A model generated the notes under the pieces. That model did no database searches. It saw nothing but the letters and a program-made list of their open reading frames with translations, and was not told the origin of the DNA. From Phycisphaerales bacterium (GTDB lineage Bacteria > Planctomycetota > Phycisphaerae > WQYP01), in assembly GCA_027451365.1 (NCBI GenBank), contig DAIDJN010000056.1, positions 98,924 to 162,923 on the forward strand: a stretch of DNA of 64,000 nucleotides, read 5' to 3'. How positions within the stretch are numbered: position 1 is the stretch's first letter; each line of letters opens with the position of its first letter. The translations under genes and the position numbers were made by a program. Shown piece by piece: positions 1-9,888 of the stretch.

Positions 1-775
1 GGCAGAAAATGATGGCCAACTTCGGCTTTTCATCCGCGATAAGGGCGCGGAGTGCCCGCAGTTTATCCCATGGCTGCACACCAACCACGAATTGCCGCGC
101 ATCTGGCGCGGTAAGTTTGTCATCCGGTTTGGCGGTAAATATCCGGGCCACATTTTTTTTCATGTGGCGTTCCACCAGGCGTTCAATCTCGTCGTTAATG
201 GTTGCGGACACAAACATGGTCTGATGTTCCGCGGTGCATGATGCCAGAATTTTTCGCACATCATCACGGAAGCCGATATCAAACATGCGGTCCACTTCAT
301 CGCAGACTACAAATTTCATGCGGCTAAGCGTAAGCACGCCGCGCTCCTGAAGATCAATAATGCGGCCGGGGGTACCCACAATGACGTGGGGCTGGCGTTC
401 CATTGCCTTAATATCGTGTGGTACTTTGGTGCCGCCATAAACCACCGCGATGCGCAGCATTTTATGCTTGGCAAAGCGCACCATTTCCGCATGAACCTGC
501 ACCGCGAGTTCGCGGGTAGGCACGACGATAATGGCCTGAAAGCTTTCATCAGGGTTAATCAGTTGAAGAATCGGCAGTCCGAAGGCGGCGGTCTTACCGG
601 TTCCGGTTCGCGCCTGGCCCAGAATGTCCACACCTGTCAGGGCGGGGGGGATGACCAGTCTCTGAATCTCGGACGGTTCAACAAAGTGAATTTCGGCCAG
701 AGCCGTCAAAATAGCTGGTTCAAGTCCGAGCACTTCAAAGGCTTTAGGCAATCCCAAATGTGAATGATCCATCAT
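1..775 (-). CDS. DEAD-box ATP-dependent RNA helicase (N-terminal about 258 aa; C-terminus lies beyond window start)
   Basis: Minus-strand translation from ATG at 775: MMDHSHLGLPKAFEVLGLEPAIL...EIQ (Q-motif), GQARTGTGKT (motif I), PTRELA (Ia), DEVDRM (DEAD-box variant), SAT (motif III). The listed + ORF 386..763 is the antisense of this gene. Confidence 0.9.
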   Translation of the reverse strand, partial: MMDHSHLGLPKAFEVLGLEPAILTALAEIHFVEPSEIQRLVIPPALTGVDILGQARTGTGKTAAFGLPILQLINPDESFQAIIVVPTRELAVQVHAEMVRFAKHKMLRIAVVYGGTKVPHDIKAMERQPHVIVGTPGRIIDLQERGVLTLSRMKFVVCDEVDRMFDIGFRDDVRKILASCTAEHQTMFVSATINDEIERLVERHMKKNVARIFTAKPDDKLTAPDARQFVVGVQPWDKLRALRALIADEKPKLAIIFC

Positions 776-1155
776 ATTTCTTTAAAACAAACTAAAAATG
801 TAACCACAAACTCATTATTTCTACGGAAACTATCATAAGGTATCGGTAGAAAGGGTCAAGGTGGACGCCGACGGCGCGCATCGGCCAGTTTCAAACCGGA
901 AAAGGCGGACTCTTGATGCGCTTGGTTCATGGTCAGCAATACGCGATAGGTCGCGCCAGGCCCCAACTGACGCTATCCTGAATCTCTATTGGTTTTGTGC
1001 GAGTCTTTTCTGGTCTGTCCTGTATTGCGTTGGCGATGGGCGCAGCGTTTTTTGGCGGCTTTATCTGGTGAAATAAAGCCGCCTCTGCTATGATGCCCCT
1101 CTGTTATAATGCCTTTTGCTCTGGCATTATTTATATGATTAAAGGACAGTATTGA

Positions 1156-1923
1156 ATGAAAACACGCATTATTCCGACCGTTGGGGCCGTGGCACTCCTG
1201 ATTTTGCTGGCGGCATGTTCAAAATCGCCTAAAGCGAATTCGGGTTCGTCATCTCCACAAACCGTTGGTTCGACCGCGGCGCCCGCCGCTGCAGCGACCA
1301 CAAGTATGCCAGCGATGCCTGGAACGGCCCCAAGCAGTGACGCGGCAGCCGTGGTCGCCGATCTTGGCAGCGCGTTAAAATCGGGCAATGTGACGCAAAT
1401 TGAAAATGCTTTTGTCACAACCTCGCCTGCCCAGGCTCAGGCGGTGGCCGCGGTGGCAAAACTGGATAGCGTCAAGGCGCAGGTAGTTCAACTGGCGACT
1501 CAAAAGCTTGGTTCACAGGCCTCTGGATTAGGCGCGCTGGTTGAAAAAATTGCCCCCAGCGGCGGTATTTTTCCCACACTGGCTTCTCTGAAAACCAACC
1601 CGCTGGTTATTAGCGGAGAAACAGCCGTGTTGAATCAGGGAAAAAATCTCGCAAAAGTTTATTTTGCGCAGGAAGCGGGTACCTGGAAAGTGGATTTGCA
1701 GAAAACACTGGGCAGCTACTACCCGGACGCCGCAACTGCGGCAAGCAAGCTTTCAGCGATGACGGGCGGTTTTGGCCAAGCTTCAACGTTTCTAAAACAG
1801 GTGGAATCCGGGCTGAATGACGGTTCGGTTAAATCGTTTGGTGATATTCAGACCCTGGCGGCCAAATTTGAGGCGGGCAGCGTTCCAGGTGTGAACAATG
1901 TGAAGAATCTTTTGCATTTTTAA
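1156..1923 (+). CDS. hypothetical lipoprotein (signal peptide with lipobox LLAAC, Ala/Ser/Pro-rich linker, C-terminal globular domain)
   Basis: ATG at 1156 preceded by AAGGACAG RBS; N-terminus MKTRIIPTVGAVALLILLAACSK is a classic lipoprotein signal; no recognisable catalytic motif. Confidence 0.6.
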   Translation: MKTRIIPTVGAVALLILLAACSKSPKANSGSSSPQTVGSTAAPAAAATTSMPAMPGTAPSSDAAAVVADLGSALKSGNVTQIENAFVTTSPAQAQAVAAVAKLDSVKAQVVQLATQKLGSQASGLGALVEKIAPSGGIFPTLASLKTNPLVISGETAVLNQGKNLAKVYFAQEAGTWKVDLQKTLGSYYPDAATAASKLSAMTGGFGQASTFLKQVESGLNDGSVKSFGDIQTLAAKFEAGSVPGVNNVKNLLHF

Positions 1924-2182
1924 GATGGTCTGCGGGGCCAGTGCGTTGCGGCAAACGTGAGCCGCATTTGACGGGCCAAGCCATTTCACGGTTCTGTTTC
2001 ACGGCTCAGTTCACAGTCCGGCTGCCTTGGGGCGGCCAGGCTTCGCGGGCGGAGTTTGACTCTGTTCAGACCGCCCGTATACTTTCCGTCTTTGATTCGC
2101 GGACCGCGCTGTGGTTGGCGGCGCGGGTCTGGCTTTTGTTTCCCGCCACATGTCGTGCGGATTTTCCCGGAGGTAACGTACC

Positions 2183-4849
2183 ATGGCAGATAAACTTGTT
2201 TACTTTTTTGGCAATGGCAAGGCTGAAGGCTCCGCCAAAGACAAAGTATTGCTTGGCGGCAAGGGCGCGAATCTGGCGGAAATGACCAATATTGGTCTGC
2301 CTGTGCCGCCTGGCTTCACGATTTCCACCGAATGTTGTGCGGCCTATTACAAGGCCGGACAAAAATTTCCGGAAGGCCTGACCGCCCAGATTGACGCGAA
2401 TATCGCCCTGTTGGAATCCTCCTTAGGCAAAAAGCTGGGCGATGCGAAAAATCCGCTGCTGGTTTCCTGCCGCAGTGGCGCGGCGGTATCCATGCCGGGT
2501 ATGATGGACACCGTCCTGAACATCGGTCTGACCGAAAAAATGGTCGGCCCGCTGGCCGCATCAAGTGGTAATCCACGATTTGTTTGGGATGCGTGGCGGC
2601 GCCTGATCAACATGTTTGGCGATACCGTGATGGGTGTTGACCACCATTATTTTGAACATGAACTTTCCGCGGTTAAGGCCAAACGCAAGGTCAAGCTGGA
2701 TACCGATCTGGATGTGGAGGGCCTGCAGGAAGTATGCGCCCGTTATCTGAAGGTGTATGAAAAGCAGACCAAGGAAAAATTCCCGTCTGATCCGCGCGAC
2801 CAGATTCTGAAGTCTGTACAGGCGGTTTTCCAGTCCTGGATGAGTCCGCGTGCCATTAAATATCGCCAGATTAACGAAATCAGTGGCCTGGCCGGCACCG
2901 CCGTCAATGTGCAGGCCATGGTGTTCGGCAACATGGGTGATGATTGTGCCACCGGCGTCTGTTTCACCCGCGACCCGTCCACCGGCGAAAACGTTTTCTA
3001 TGGCGAATTCCTGGTCAATGCCCAGGGAGAAGATGTGGTGGCGGGTATTCGCACGCCGCTGGAAATTGTAAAAATGGGTGAGTTTCTGCCCGATGCATAC
3101 GCCGAACTGCTGCGTGTGAAAGACATCCTGGAAAAGCATTTCCGCGACGTCCAGGATATGGAATTCACCGTGGAACACAACACGTTCTATATGCTTCAGA
3201 CGCGCAACGGCAAACGCACCGCGCAGGCCGCGGTGCGTTGTGCGGTTGAAATGGTGCAGGAAAAACTGATTGACCAGAATACCGCCATTCTGCGGGTGGA
3301 TCCGGCCAGTCTGGACCAGCTTCTGCATCCTTCGCTGGACCCCAAGGCCCTCCGCGATCAGGTGGCCAAGGGACTGCCGGCGTCGCCGGGTGCGGCTGTG
3401 GGCACACTGGCGTTTACCGCTGAAGAGGCGGAAGCACGCCATGCCAATGGGGAAAAAGTTATTCTGGTACGCAAAGAAACGTCGCCGGAAGACATTGGCG
3501 GCATGCAGACTGCGGTGGGTATTCTGACCAGCACCGGCGGCATGACCAGCCACGCGGCTGTGGTGGCGCGGGGCATGGGTAAGCCATGCGTGGCCGGGTG
3601 CGGGGCGCTGGATATAGATGCCAAAGCGGGTACGATCACCGTGATTTCCGCCGATGGCAAGAAACGAAAATTTACGCGAAAGGATACACTTTCGCTGGAT
3701 GGCAGCACCGGGGCGGTTTTTGCGGGTGCGGTACCCACCGTTAAACCGGCGGTATCGGGCGATTTTGCCAAGCTTATGGGCTGGGCGGATGCAACCCGCA
3801 AACTGCTGGTACGAACCAACGCCGATACCCCCAACGATGCCCGTGTCGCCCGCGAATTTGGTGCCCAGGGAATCGGTCTATGCCGGACGGAACACATGTT
3901 CTTTGAAGGAGACCGGATTATCGCGGTGCGTGAAATGATTCTGGCTGACAATGAAAAAGATCGCCGCGCGGCGCTCAAAAAACTTTTACCGTATCAGAAG
4001 AAGGATTTTGTCGGCATTTTCAAGGCGATGGATGGCCTGCCGGTGACCATTCGCCTGCTGGATCCTCCATTGCATGAGTTCCTGCCCCACGAGGAAAAGA
4101 ACCAGCGTCAGATGGCCCGACAGATGAAAATACCGTTGGAAAAAGTGAAGCGTCGCGTGGCCGAACTGCATGAAGCCAATCCGATGCTCGGATTCCGCGG
4201 CTGTCGGCTCGCGGTGGTTTTCCCCGAAATTCAGGAAATGCAGGTGCGGGCCATTTTCCAGGCGGCGGTGGAAGTTGCCGGCAAGGGCGTGAAGGTGCTG
4301 CCGGAAATCATGATTCCGATCGTCAACACCGTGAAGGAACTGGAATTTCTTCTGCCCAAAGTGCATGACGTGGCCAAGGAAGTTTTCGCCAAGGCTGGCC
4401 GAAAGGTGGATTACAAAGTCGGCACCATGATCGAAATTCCGCGAGCCGCGATTACCGCCGAAAAAATTGCCAAAGAGGCCGAATTCTTCAGCTTTGGCAC
4501 CAACGATCTGACCCAGTTGACATTTGGTTTTTCGCGCGACGATGTGGCCTCTTTTGTGCCGCGCTACGTGGAACTGGAAATTCTGCCCAAAGACCCGTTC
4601 AATTCGCTTGACCAGGAAGGCGTGGGCGAATTGATTAAGATGGCCGTGGCCAAAGGCCGTGGTGCCCGACCGGACTTGAAGGTGGGTATTTGCGGCGAAC
4701 ATGGCGGCGACCCATCATCGGTGGAATTCTGCCACCGTGTAGGGCTGAATTATGTCAGTTGCTCGCCCTATCGGGTGCCGATTGCCCGTCTTGCCGCAGC
4801 GCAGGCGGCGGTGAAGGAAAACACCGGTGCCAGCTACAGCACGAAATAA
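2183..4849 (+). CDS. ppdK: pyruvate, phosphate dikinase
   Basis: 888 aa. N-terminal ATP-grasp region with GGKGANLAEM; central phospho-His domain GGMTSHAAVVARGMGKPCV; C-terminal PEP-utilising TIM barrel ...CGEHGGDPSSVEFCHRVGLNYVSCSPYRVPIARLAAAQA. GGAGG RBS upstream of ATG. Confidence 0.95.
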   Translation: MADKLVYFFGNGKAEGSAKDKVLLGGKGANLAEMTNIGLPVPPGFTISTECCAAYYKAGQKFPEGLTAQIDANIALLESSLGKKLGDAKNPLLVSCRSGAAVSMPGMMDTVLNIGLTEKMVGPLAASSGNPRFVWDAWRRLINMFGDTVMGVDHHYFEHELSAVKAKRKVKLDTDLDVEGLQEVCARYLKVYEKQTKEKFPSDPRDQILKSVQAVFQSWMSPRAIKYRQINEISGLAGTAVNVQAMVFGNMGDDCATGVCFTRDPSTGENVFYGEFLVNAQGEDVVAGIRTPLEIVKMGEFLPDAYAELLRVKDILEKHFRDVQDMEFTVEHNTFYMLQTRNGKRTAQAAVRCAVEMVQEKLIDQNTAILRVDPASLDQLLHPSLDPKALRDQVAKGLPASPGAAVGTLAFTAEEAEARHANGEKVILVRKETSPEDIGGMQTAVGILTSTGGMTSHAAVVARGMGKPCVAGCGALDIDAKAGTITVISADGKKRKFTRKDTLSLDGSTGAVFAGAVPTVKPAVSGDFAKLMGWADATRKLLVRTNADTPNDARVAREFGAQGIGLCRTEHMFFEGDRIIAVREMILADNEKDRRAALKKLLPYQKKDFVGIFKAMDGLPVTIRLLDPPLHEFLPHEEKNQRQMARQMKIPLEKVKRRVAELHEANPMLGFRGCRLAVVFPEIQEMQVRAIFQAAVEVAGKGVKVLPEIMIPIVNTVKELEFLLPKVHDVAKEVFAKAGRKVDYKVGTMIEIPRAAITAEKIAKEAEFFSFGTNDLTQLTFGFSRDDVASFVPRYVELEILPKDPFNSLDQEGVGELIKMAVAKGRGARPDLKVGICGEHGGDPSSVEFCHRVGLNYVSCSPYRVPIARLAAAQAAVKENTGASYSTK

Positions 4850-4907
4850 AATTCGGCTGAATTTCGGTGGACTGGCAGATTCGCCGTCCGATAAATTAAA
4901 CGTTTCA

Positions 4908-4948
4908 AAAGACCCTGAAGGCCTGTCGCTTTCCGGGTCTTTTTTTTT
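4908..4948 (+). terminator. putative Rho-independent terminator downstream of ppdK
   Basis: GACCC-loop-GGGTC hairpin (4911-4939) followed immediately by a T9 run (4940-4948), about 60 nt after the ppdK stop. Confidence 0.5.
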
Positions 4949-5059
4949 GGCCTATGCGACGCCAAATGGCGGCCCACGCGGCTTTTGGTCAAGATTCCCG
5001 CCCTTCGGGCCGATTCAAACAACAGGCCGCGCGTGCATCCGGTGCCAGGAGTTTACGAT

Positions 5060-6568
5060 ATGCCAGGAACGCCGAACATGTTCAATCGAAAGCACTCATT
5101 CCGAAAATTAATTGCTGTGTTGTTCGCATTTAGCGCAATTTTGACGGCCATGGATCTGGTCTGGGTCAGCCATCGGCGAACGATAACTGTTTCAACCGGC
5201 ACAACGCGCATCATGGGACCACTGTCTGCGAACGGAACAGTGAATTACCGCCAGGCTATTGATCGCCACGCGGCGCTGGGCGTGACGCCGACTAACAACG
5301 CCGCGGTTGATCTTGTTCGAGCGCTTGGGCCGGCCGCGGTCGGCAAGGGAATTGTCGGACTTAATGCGATGAATCGCATCGGCATGAAAATGCTTCCGGC
5401 CAAGGGTGACTATTATGTTACATATAAACAATGTTACAGTTGGGCACATCCGAGCGATGTCCACGGCGATAAAATTGCGCGTCCGCGCGGGACGCTGGGG
5501 AGGCATCCGTTTTCCGCCGCCGACCATCCGGTAACCGCCGCGTGGTTGAAGGCCAATGCGGTTCCCCTGCATTTCGCGCGTCTGGCGGCGGAGCAAAGCC
5601 GGTTTTTTATTCCGCTTCCCCGGCGAAGTCTGGGCTGGTATGCGCTGCCCAACGCCCCGATGCCATATCTGGCGAAAGTGGATGAAATTCAGGAGGCGCT
5701 GCTTCAGCAGGGTATGCTGGCGCTGCATGGCGGTGATGATGCCTTATGCACCCATGACCTGCTGGCGGCGCATCGACTGGCGGGCCTGATTGGACAGGGG
5801 CCGTTGCTTTCGCAGGCGATCGTGGCGCGGAACATGGATCTTCGCGCCAGTCAGGCGGACTGGACATTTTTGCGGTCCAAACAGATAACGGCGGCAACGG
5901 CGGACGCGTATGCGACGGCGATTGCATTGTTGCCGTCTTTGCGGCCACTGTCGAAGGATGTGGATCACTTTTCACGTTGGGCGGAACTGGACTACGTACA
6001 ATGGCAGGCGGAAGACTGGTGGGGACGTTCGGTGGGTGTGCATCAGGCGGGTTTTCCAATACGTGTTTCCGCACTTTTGCCGCCAAACTATACGGTGCGC
6101 ATGATGCGGATAAACCGGTGGTATGACCGGTTTACAAAGGTGTTTCAGGCCAAGGGTGCCGGTGCCCGGCGCAAAGAGCTGGCGATAGTGGAGCTGCAAC
6201 TTAATACACCGCCGGGCGGCACAAGAATGTCCAGGCAGCGGCTTTATCTGAGTCTGATGGGTGAGAATTATAATTCGCTGATCGCCCTTTCGGCACGGGT
6301 AAAAAGTGCGCGGCGCATTACCCGCACACTGCTGGCATTGCGGCGCTTTCGGATGGATCACGGGGCGTATCCGCGAAGCCTTGGGGACCTGGTGCCGAAT
6401 TATCTTCCGCAGTTACCGCTGGATGCGTTTACCGGCAAGCCGATTCTGCTGGTCCGGGGCCGCGGGACCTATTCGCTTGTAATGGCCGCTTCATTTGACA
6501 GTCTGAGTCCCGCCGGACAGGTGCCGCTGGCGGATGGTCAGATGGTGGTGAATTTGTCATTGCATTGA
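5060..6568 (+). CDS. hypothetical membrane-anchored protein; the C-terminal about 60 aa loosely resemble a type II secretion pseudopilin (GspG-like) domain
   Basis: The track ORF begins with TTG at 4985; the first in-frame ATG with a GGAG RBS is at 5060 (MPGTPNMFNRK...). One N-terminal TM helix (LIAVLFAFSAILTAMDLVWV). The C-terminal RMDHGAYPRSLGDLVPNYLPQLPLDAFTGKPILL is reminiscent of pseudopilin C-termini. Function unknown. Confidence 0.45.
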   Translation: MPGTPNMFNRKHSFRKLIAVLFAFSAILTAMDLVWVSHRRTITVSTGTTRIMGPLSANGTVNYRQAIDRHAALGVTPTNNAAVDLVRALGPAAVGKGIVGLNAMNRIGMKMLPAKGDYYVTYKQCYSWAHPSDVHGDKIARPRGTLGRHPFSAADHPVTAAWLKANAVPLHFARLAAEQSRFFIPLPRRSLGWYALPNAPMPYLAKVDEIQEALLQQGMLALHGGDDALCTHDLLAAHRLAGLIGQGPLLSQAIVARNMDLRASQADWTFLRSKQITAATADAYATAIALLPSLRPLSKDVDHFSRWAELDYVQWQAEDWWGRSVGVHQAGFPIRVSALLPPNYTVRMMRINRWYDRFTKVFQAKGAGARRKELAIVELQLNTPPGGTRMSRQRLYLSLMGENYNSLIALSARVKSARRITRTLLALRRFRMDHGAYPRSLGDLVPNYLPQLPLDAFTGKPILLVRGRGTYSLVMAASFDSLSPAGQVPLADGQMVVNLSLH

Positions 6569-6612
6569 GAGACCGGATTTACAGTCATGGGTGGTGGCGG
6601 CGCATTGCACAA

Positions 6613-9075
6613 TCACTGCAACTGCCACTTGCGGCGAAGTATCCATTCAATAGTAATACCAGCCACAAAAAGCAGAAAAAAGAGCGTGTTGTTGTACAGG
6701 GGAAAACTGCTGCGCTCCACGCGGTTGTTCGCTGGCTGGGCCGCCAGAATGCGCCGTCCCAAAGAACTGATGCCGCCAAGTTCGCTGAAGGCCCCACCGG
6801 TCTCGGAAGCAATTTGCTGCAAAATGCGTGGCTCAGCCGCCAGCTTGTCCATTTCGCCAATGGGGGCGATGACGTAAAAATCGCTGCTGTCGGCCCCGAG
6901 TTTTTTTCCGCCCTTGAACGCGGTGAAAACAGCATGGTATTTGCCCGGCAGGGAAGGCACGATGTTGCGCTGGTAACTGCCTGGTGCGCGATGTGACGCG
7001 TGCATGCGCAGGCGGCGGACTTTGCCGTCCGGATAAGCGACGCTGACAAAACCATGCGCGTAGGCGGTGGATTGCCCGTGCATATCAGTAACCGCCATTT
7101 TCAGCCGCACGGGCTGGCCGTTTTCATAGCGTTCACGGCGGATCATGGCGGTAACGGATGGGCCGTGTGCGGTTTTGACCTTGCTTTCACCAGCCAGCCA
7201 GCGGACCAACTGTCCCCAGAATCGATGGTAAGGGGATCTTGCCCCCATGGTGCCCAGCAGCAGATTCCAGCGATATGTGGTGTCGCCGGCAAAGGCGGCG
7301 GTGCGGCCTTTGCCATAATGTTCCGTGGCCAGCACAATCGCGGGCTTGCCATGAACGTTGGCCCGCGGATTTACGAGCAATACACTGGCCCCGGGCTTGG
7401 GGCCCGCGAAGGCGACGCAGCCAGCCAGATTTGGCAGTTCCGCGGCACCGGCCTGACCAGCGGGTGAAATAAACCATTGGGCAATACCTTGAAAAATTGG
7501 ATTCTGCTGGCCAAATGCGGTTAATTCCGGCACAAACGGCGTGTTCAATTGCGCGGGACTTGTCGGTTCCAGCGATACTGGAAATACCGCCGCCAAATCG
7601 GTATTGCCCCAGGACCCGGCGGCAAAATTCTGCTGGCCACCAATCATCATGAACCCAATGCCATGGCTGATGGCCTGGCGCAACTGGGCCTGCTGGACCG
7701 GGGAGAGGAAATTGCTTTTGACGTCTCCGAGGATGACCACTTTGAATTTTTCCCATTGTGCCAGCGTGGTTGGAATAGCGGTAACGCCGTTTTGTGCGCC
7801 ACGCACCATAAAATAGCCGGGCCGCGTTTCAATCAGACTCACCAGACTGATATTTGGGTCCATGGCCAGAGTGGTTTCCAGGGGGCCAACTTCCGGCCGC
7901 ACGCGCCCTTCCAGATACAGCACGGATATTCGCGGATTGGTGATAAGCATAGGGAACTGCTGTTTATTGCCCGCGGTGGATCGTTCCTGCGGGTCGATGG
8001 GAATACTGGCGAGCAGCACCATTCGGCCCACTTTTTTCGGCGTGAATTTGAATTTGACCTGCTGGGGAATCGGGCCGCTTTCCAGAACCAGCCGGTGCGA
8101 GGCGAGTTCTTTTTTGCCGTGCATAAGCGAGACGCGCACGGTGCGGTCGTTAAGCGCGGTGGATCGAATTAACGCCGTCAGTGTGACTTCGCTGCCAACG
8201 GGTGCGGACTGCGGCCCGTTGATTCGCACAATTTCAATTTCCGGAACCGCTTTGGCCAAAGTTGAAGTGCTGCCGACGCGCACAGTGTAAACCGGAACGC
8301 CGAGTTGCGCTAGGCTGCGAATTTTGGTCGGGCCGTTTTGAATGCCATCGCTGAAAAGCACAATCTGTTTGCAGCCCGCGTTATAGGCCAGCTTGATGGC
8401 TGTGGGCAGATCCGTCTCTTTGCCGTCAGGCGCAATGGCGGACAAAGCACCAGCTGTGGTCAGCGGAGCGTTGTGAACGCCGTCATAAGCGAAATAAAGC
8501 AGCTTGAAATGGTGCTTCAACTGGCGTTCAAGTATTTGTGCCCCCAGCACGCTTTGCAGATACCGACTCGGTTCATTGGGCTGGTCGCTGACACTCATGG
8601 ATCCGGACGCGTCCAGAACAATGCCAAGCGTACTGACGTGATGGGGAATGTTGACCCAGGCGATTACCGGCTTAAACAACAGCAGCACCAGAAATACAAT
8701 GCTCACAACCCGCAGCGTAAACAGGGAAACCATTCGTCCGCGGCCCAGAAACTGGTAGACCCGTTGATAAAATAGCCAAATGGCCCCGGCGGCCAGCAGG
8801 CTGGTAAGAACAATGGCCAGCCACGGGTTACGCATGGGCGGAATTAAGCCGGCGCACGTGGCGTAAAATATTGCGGCGCCTCCGAGGATCAGTGGAATCC
8901 ATGGCATTTTCGGACGTGTCGTCGCGGTCGGGGTCAGACTGTTTGCCGCAGCCGGGCGCATTTGCAGAAAGCTGTAGACCAGAAGAGCCGCCCCCAGCAC
9001 GCCCATTACCACCGCCCACCAGGCAAAACCATGCTTGCCCAGGAAATCCATGCTGACGCTGGCCAGTGGATGCAT
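6613..9075 (-). CDS. BatA-like multi-TM N-terminus, vWA domain, GATase1-like domain membrane protein
   Basis: The track start at 9132 is TTG; an in-frame ATG with a GAGG RBS is at 9075. Several N-terminal TM helices; vWA MIDAS motif VLDASGSMS; central class-I glutamine-amidotransferase-like region (...VVILGD...GFMMIGGQQNF...); C-terminal TM FFLLFVAGITIEWIL. This architecture is common in PVC bacteria. Confidence 0.75.
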   Translation of the reverse strand: MHPLASVSMDFLGKHGFAWWAVVMGVLGAALLVYSFLQMRPAAANSLTPTATTRPKMPWIPLILGGAAIFYATCAGLIPPMRNPWLAIVLTSLLAAGAIWLFYQRVYQFLGRGRMVSLFTLRVVSIVFLVLLLFKPVIAWVNIPHHVSTLGIVLDASGSMSVSDQPNEPSRYLQSVLGAQILERQLKHHFKLLYFAYDGVHNAPLTTAGALSAIAPDGKETDLPTAIKLAYNAGCKQIVLFSDGIQNGPTKIRSLAQLGVPVYTVRVGSTSTLAKAVPEIEIVRINGPQSAPVGSEVTLTALIRSTALNDRTVRVSLMHGKKELASHRLVLESGPIPQQVKFKFTPKKVGRMVLLASIPIDPQERSTAGNKQQFPMLITNPRISVLYLEGRVRPEVGPLETTLAMDPNISLVSLIETRPGYFMVRGAQNGVTAIPTTLAQWEKFKVVILGDVKSNFLSPVQQAQLRQAISHGIGFMMIGGQQNFAAGSWGNTDLAAVFPVSLEPTSPAQLNTPFVPELTAFGQQNPIFQGIAQWFISPAGQAGAAELPNLAGCVAFAGPKPGASVLLVNPRANVHGKPAIVLATEHYGKGRTAAFAGDTTYRWNLLLGTMGARSPYHRFWGQLVRWLAGESKVKTAHGPSVTAMIRRERYENGQPVRLKMAVTDMHGQSTAYAHGFVSVAYPDGKVRRLRMHASHRAPGSYQRNIVPSLPGKYHAVFTAFKGGKKLGADSSDFYVIAPIGEMDKLAAEPRILQQIASETGGAFSELGGISSLGRRILAAQPANNRVERSSFPLYNNTLFFLLFVAGITIEWILRRKWQLQ

Positions 9076-9244
9076 GAATCCTCGCCTTCTGAAGCAATTT
9101 TCCGGCCGCTCTGGCGGCGTGAATCTGAACAACCCGGTCGGTCAATTCCCCGTCGGTTTCAGCATGTGCTGGAACAGACGGCTTCCGTTGCTGGAAATAA
9201 TAACGCACGAATCGAATATTTGTTGGGTTTGGCGGACTAATTTC

Positions 9245-9829
9245 TTACCGCTGCGGCCCGCGGGGTGGTGAATCAGGCCAGGGTGGCTGTCGCAACGCGA
9301 TGGGCGGGGCAAGCAATTCAGAAATCAGATAGACCGTGCGGGTATTTTGCGGGCTGGCCAGTACACGTCGGATAACCTGGCGCAACTCACGATCTTTCGC
9401 GGAACGCACAACGCCGGGTTGCGGCGCTTTTTTCGGAACACTTTGCGCAGGCGCGGACGGTGCCCCCTGCGGCGGCGCTCCGGTGCGTGCAGGCGGTGAC
9501 TTCGCGGGGGTTGGGTTGGCTCGAACGGGCACAGCGGGTTTGCGAACCGGCACCGTCGGACGCGCGGAGGATGGTACGGGTTTAAGATTCACCGGGCGGT
9601 TGGGTGGTGTGGCCTTGCGCGTGGGCGGGGGGTATGGTCCGGTTGACGGCCGCGTGGTCGCAGGCGGCCGGGGTTGCGGGTTGCCGGTTTTTTCGGCATT
9701 GGTAACGTTTGCAGAATTAGCCTGGGCGGCTCTGCGCCGCGCCTGCTCGCGCGCCAGGTCCTGAATGGAAACGCGGCCCGCCAGAATTTCCTGGGCAAGC
9801 AGTCGGGGGTCATTGGGCAAGTCAGGCAT
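9245..9829 (-). CDS. hypothetical proline-rich protein
   Basis: The ORF sits between floA and the vWA gene on the same strand. It carries a long low-complexity Pro/Ala/Thr-rich tract (PQPRPPATTRPSTGPYPPPTRKATPPNRP...). The start is ambiguous (GTG at 9859 or ATG at 9829); it could be a low-complexity over-call. Confidence 0.4.
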   Translation of the reverse strand: MPDLPNDPRLLAQEILAGRVSIQDLAREQARRRAAQANSANVTNAEKTGNPQPRPPATTRPSTGPYPPPTRKATPPNRPVNLKPVPSSARPTVPVRKPAVPVRANPTPAKSPPARTGAPPQGAPSAPAQSVPKKAPQPGVVRSAKDRELRQVIRRVLASPQNTRTVYLISELLAPPIALRQPPWPDSPPRGPQR

Positions 9830-9888
9830 CTTAATGTATCCAGGCAATTCAAACACCACGGCGGTGGATCAGGCTTCCATAACGATGA

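Noticed and set aside
386-763. 125-aa + strand ORF
   Set aside because: It is antisense to the well-supported DEAD-box helicase gene on the minus strand and has no motifs of its own.
1924-2182. 260-bp GC-rich leader upstream of ppdK
   Set aside because: I looked for riboswitch-like or attenuator structure and found nothing recognisable; it is probably an ordinary promoter/5' UTR.
2561-3553. 330-aa minus-strand ORF, and 3986..4702 (-)
   Set aside because: Both lie fully inside ppdK on the opposite strand; ppdK is unambiguously the coding frame.
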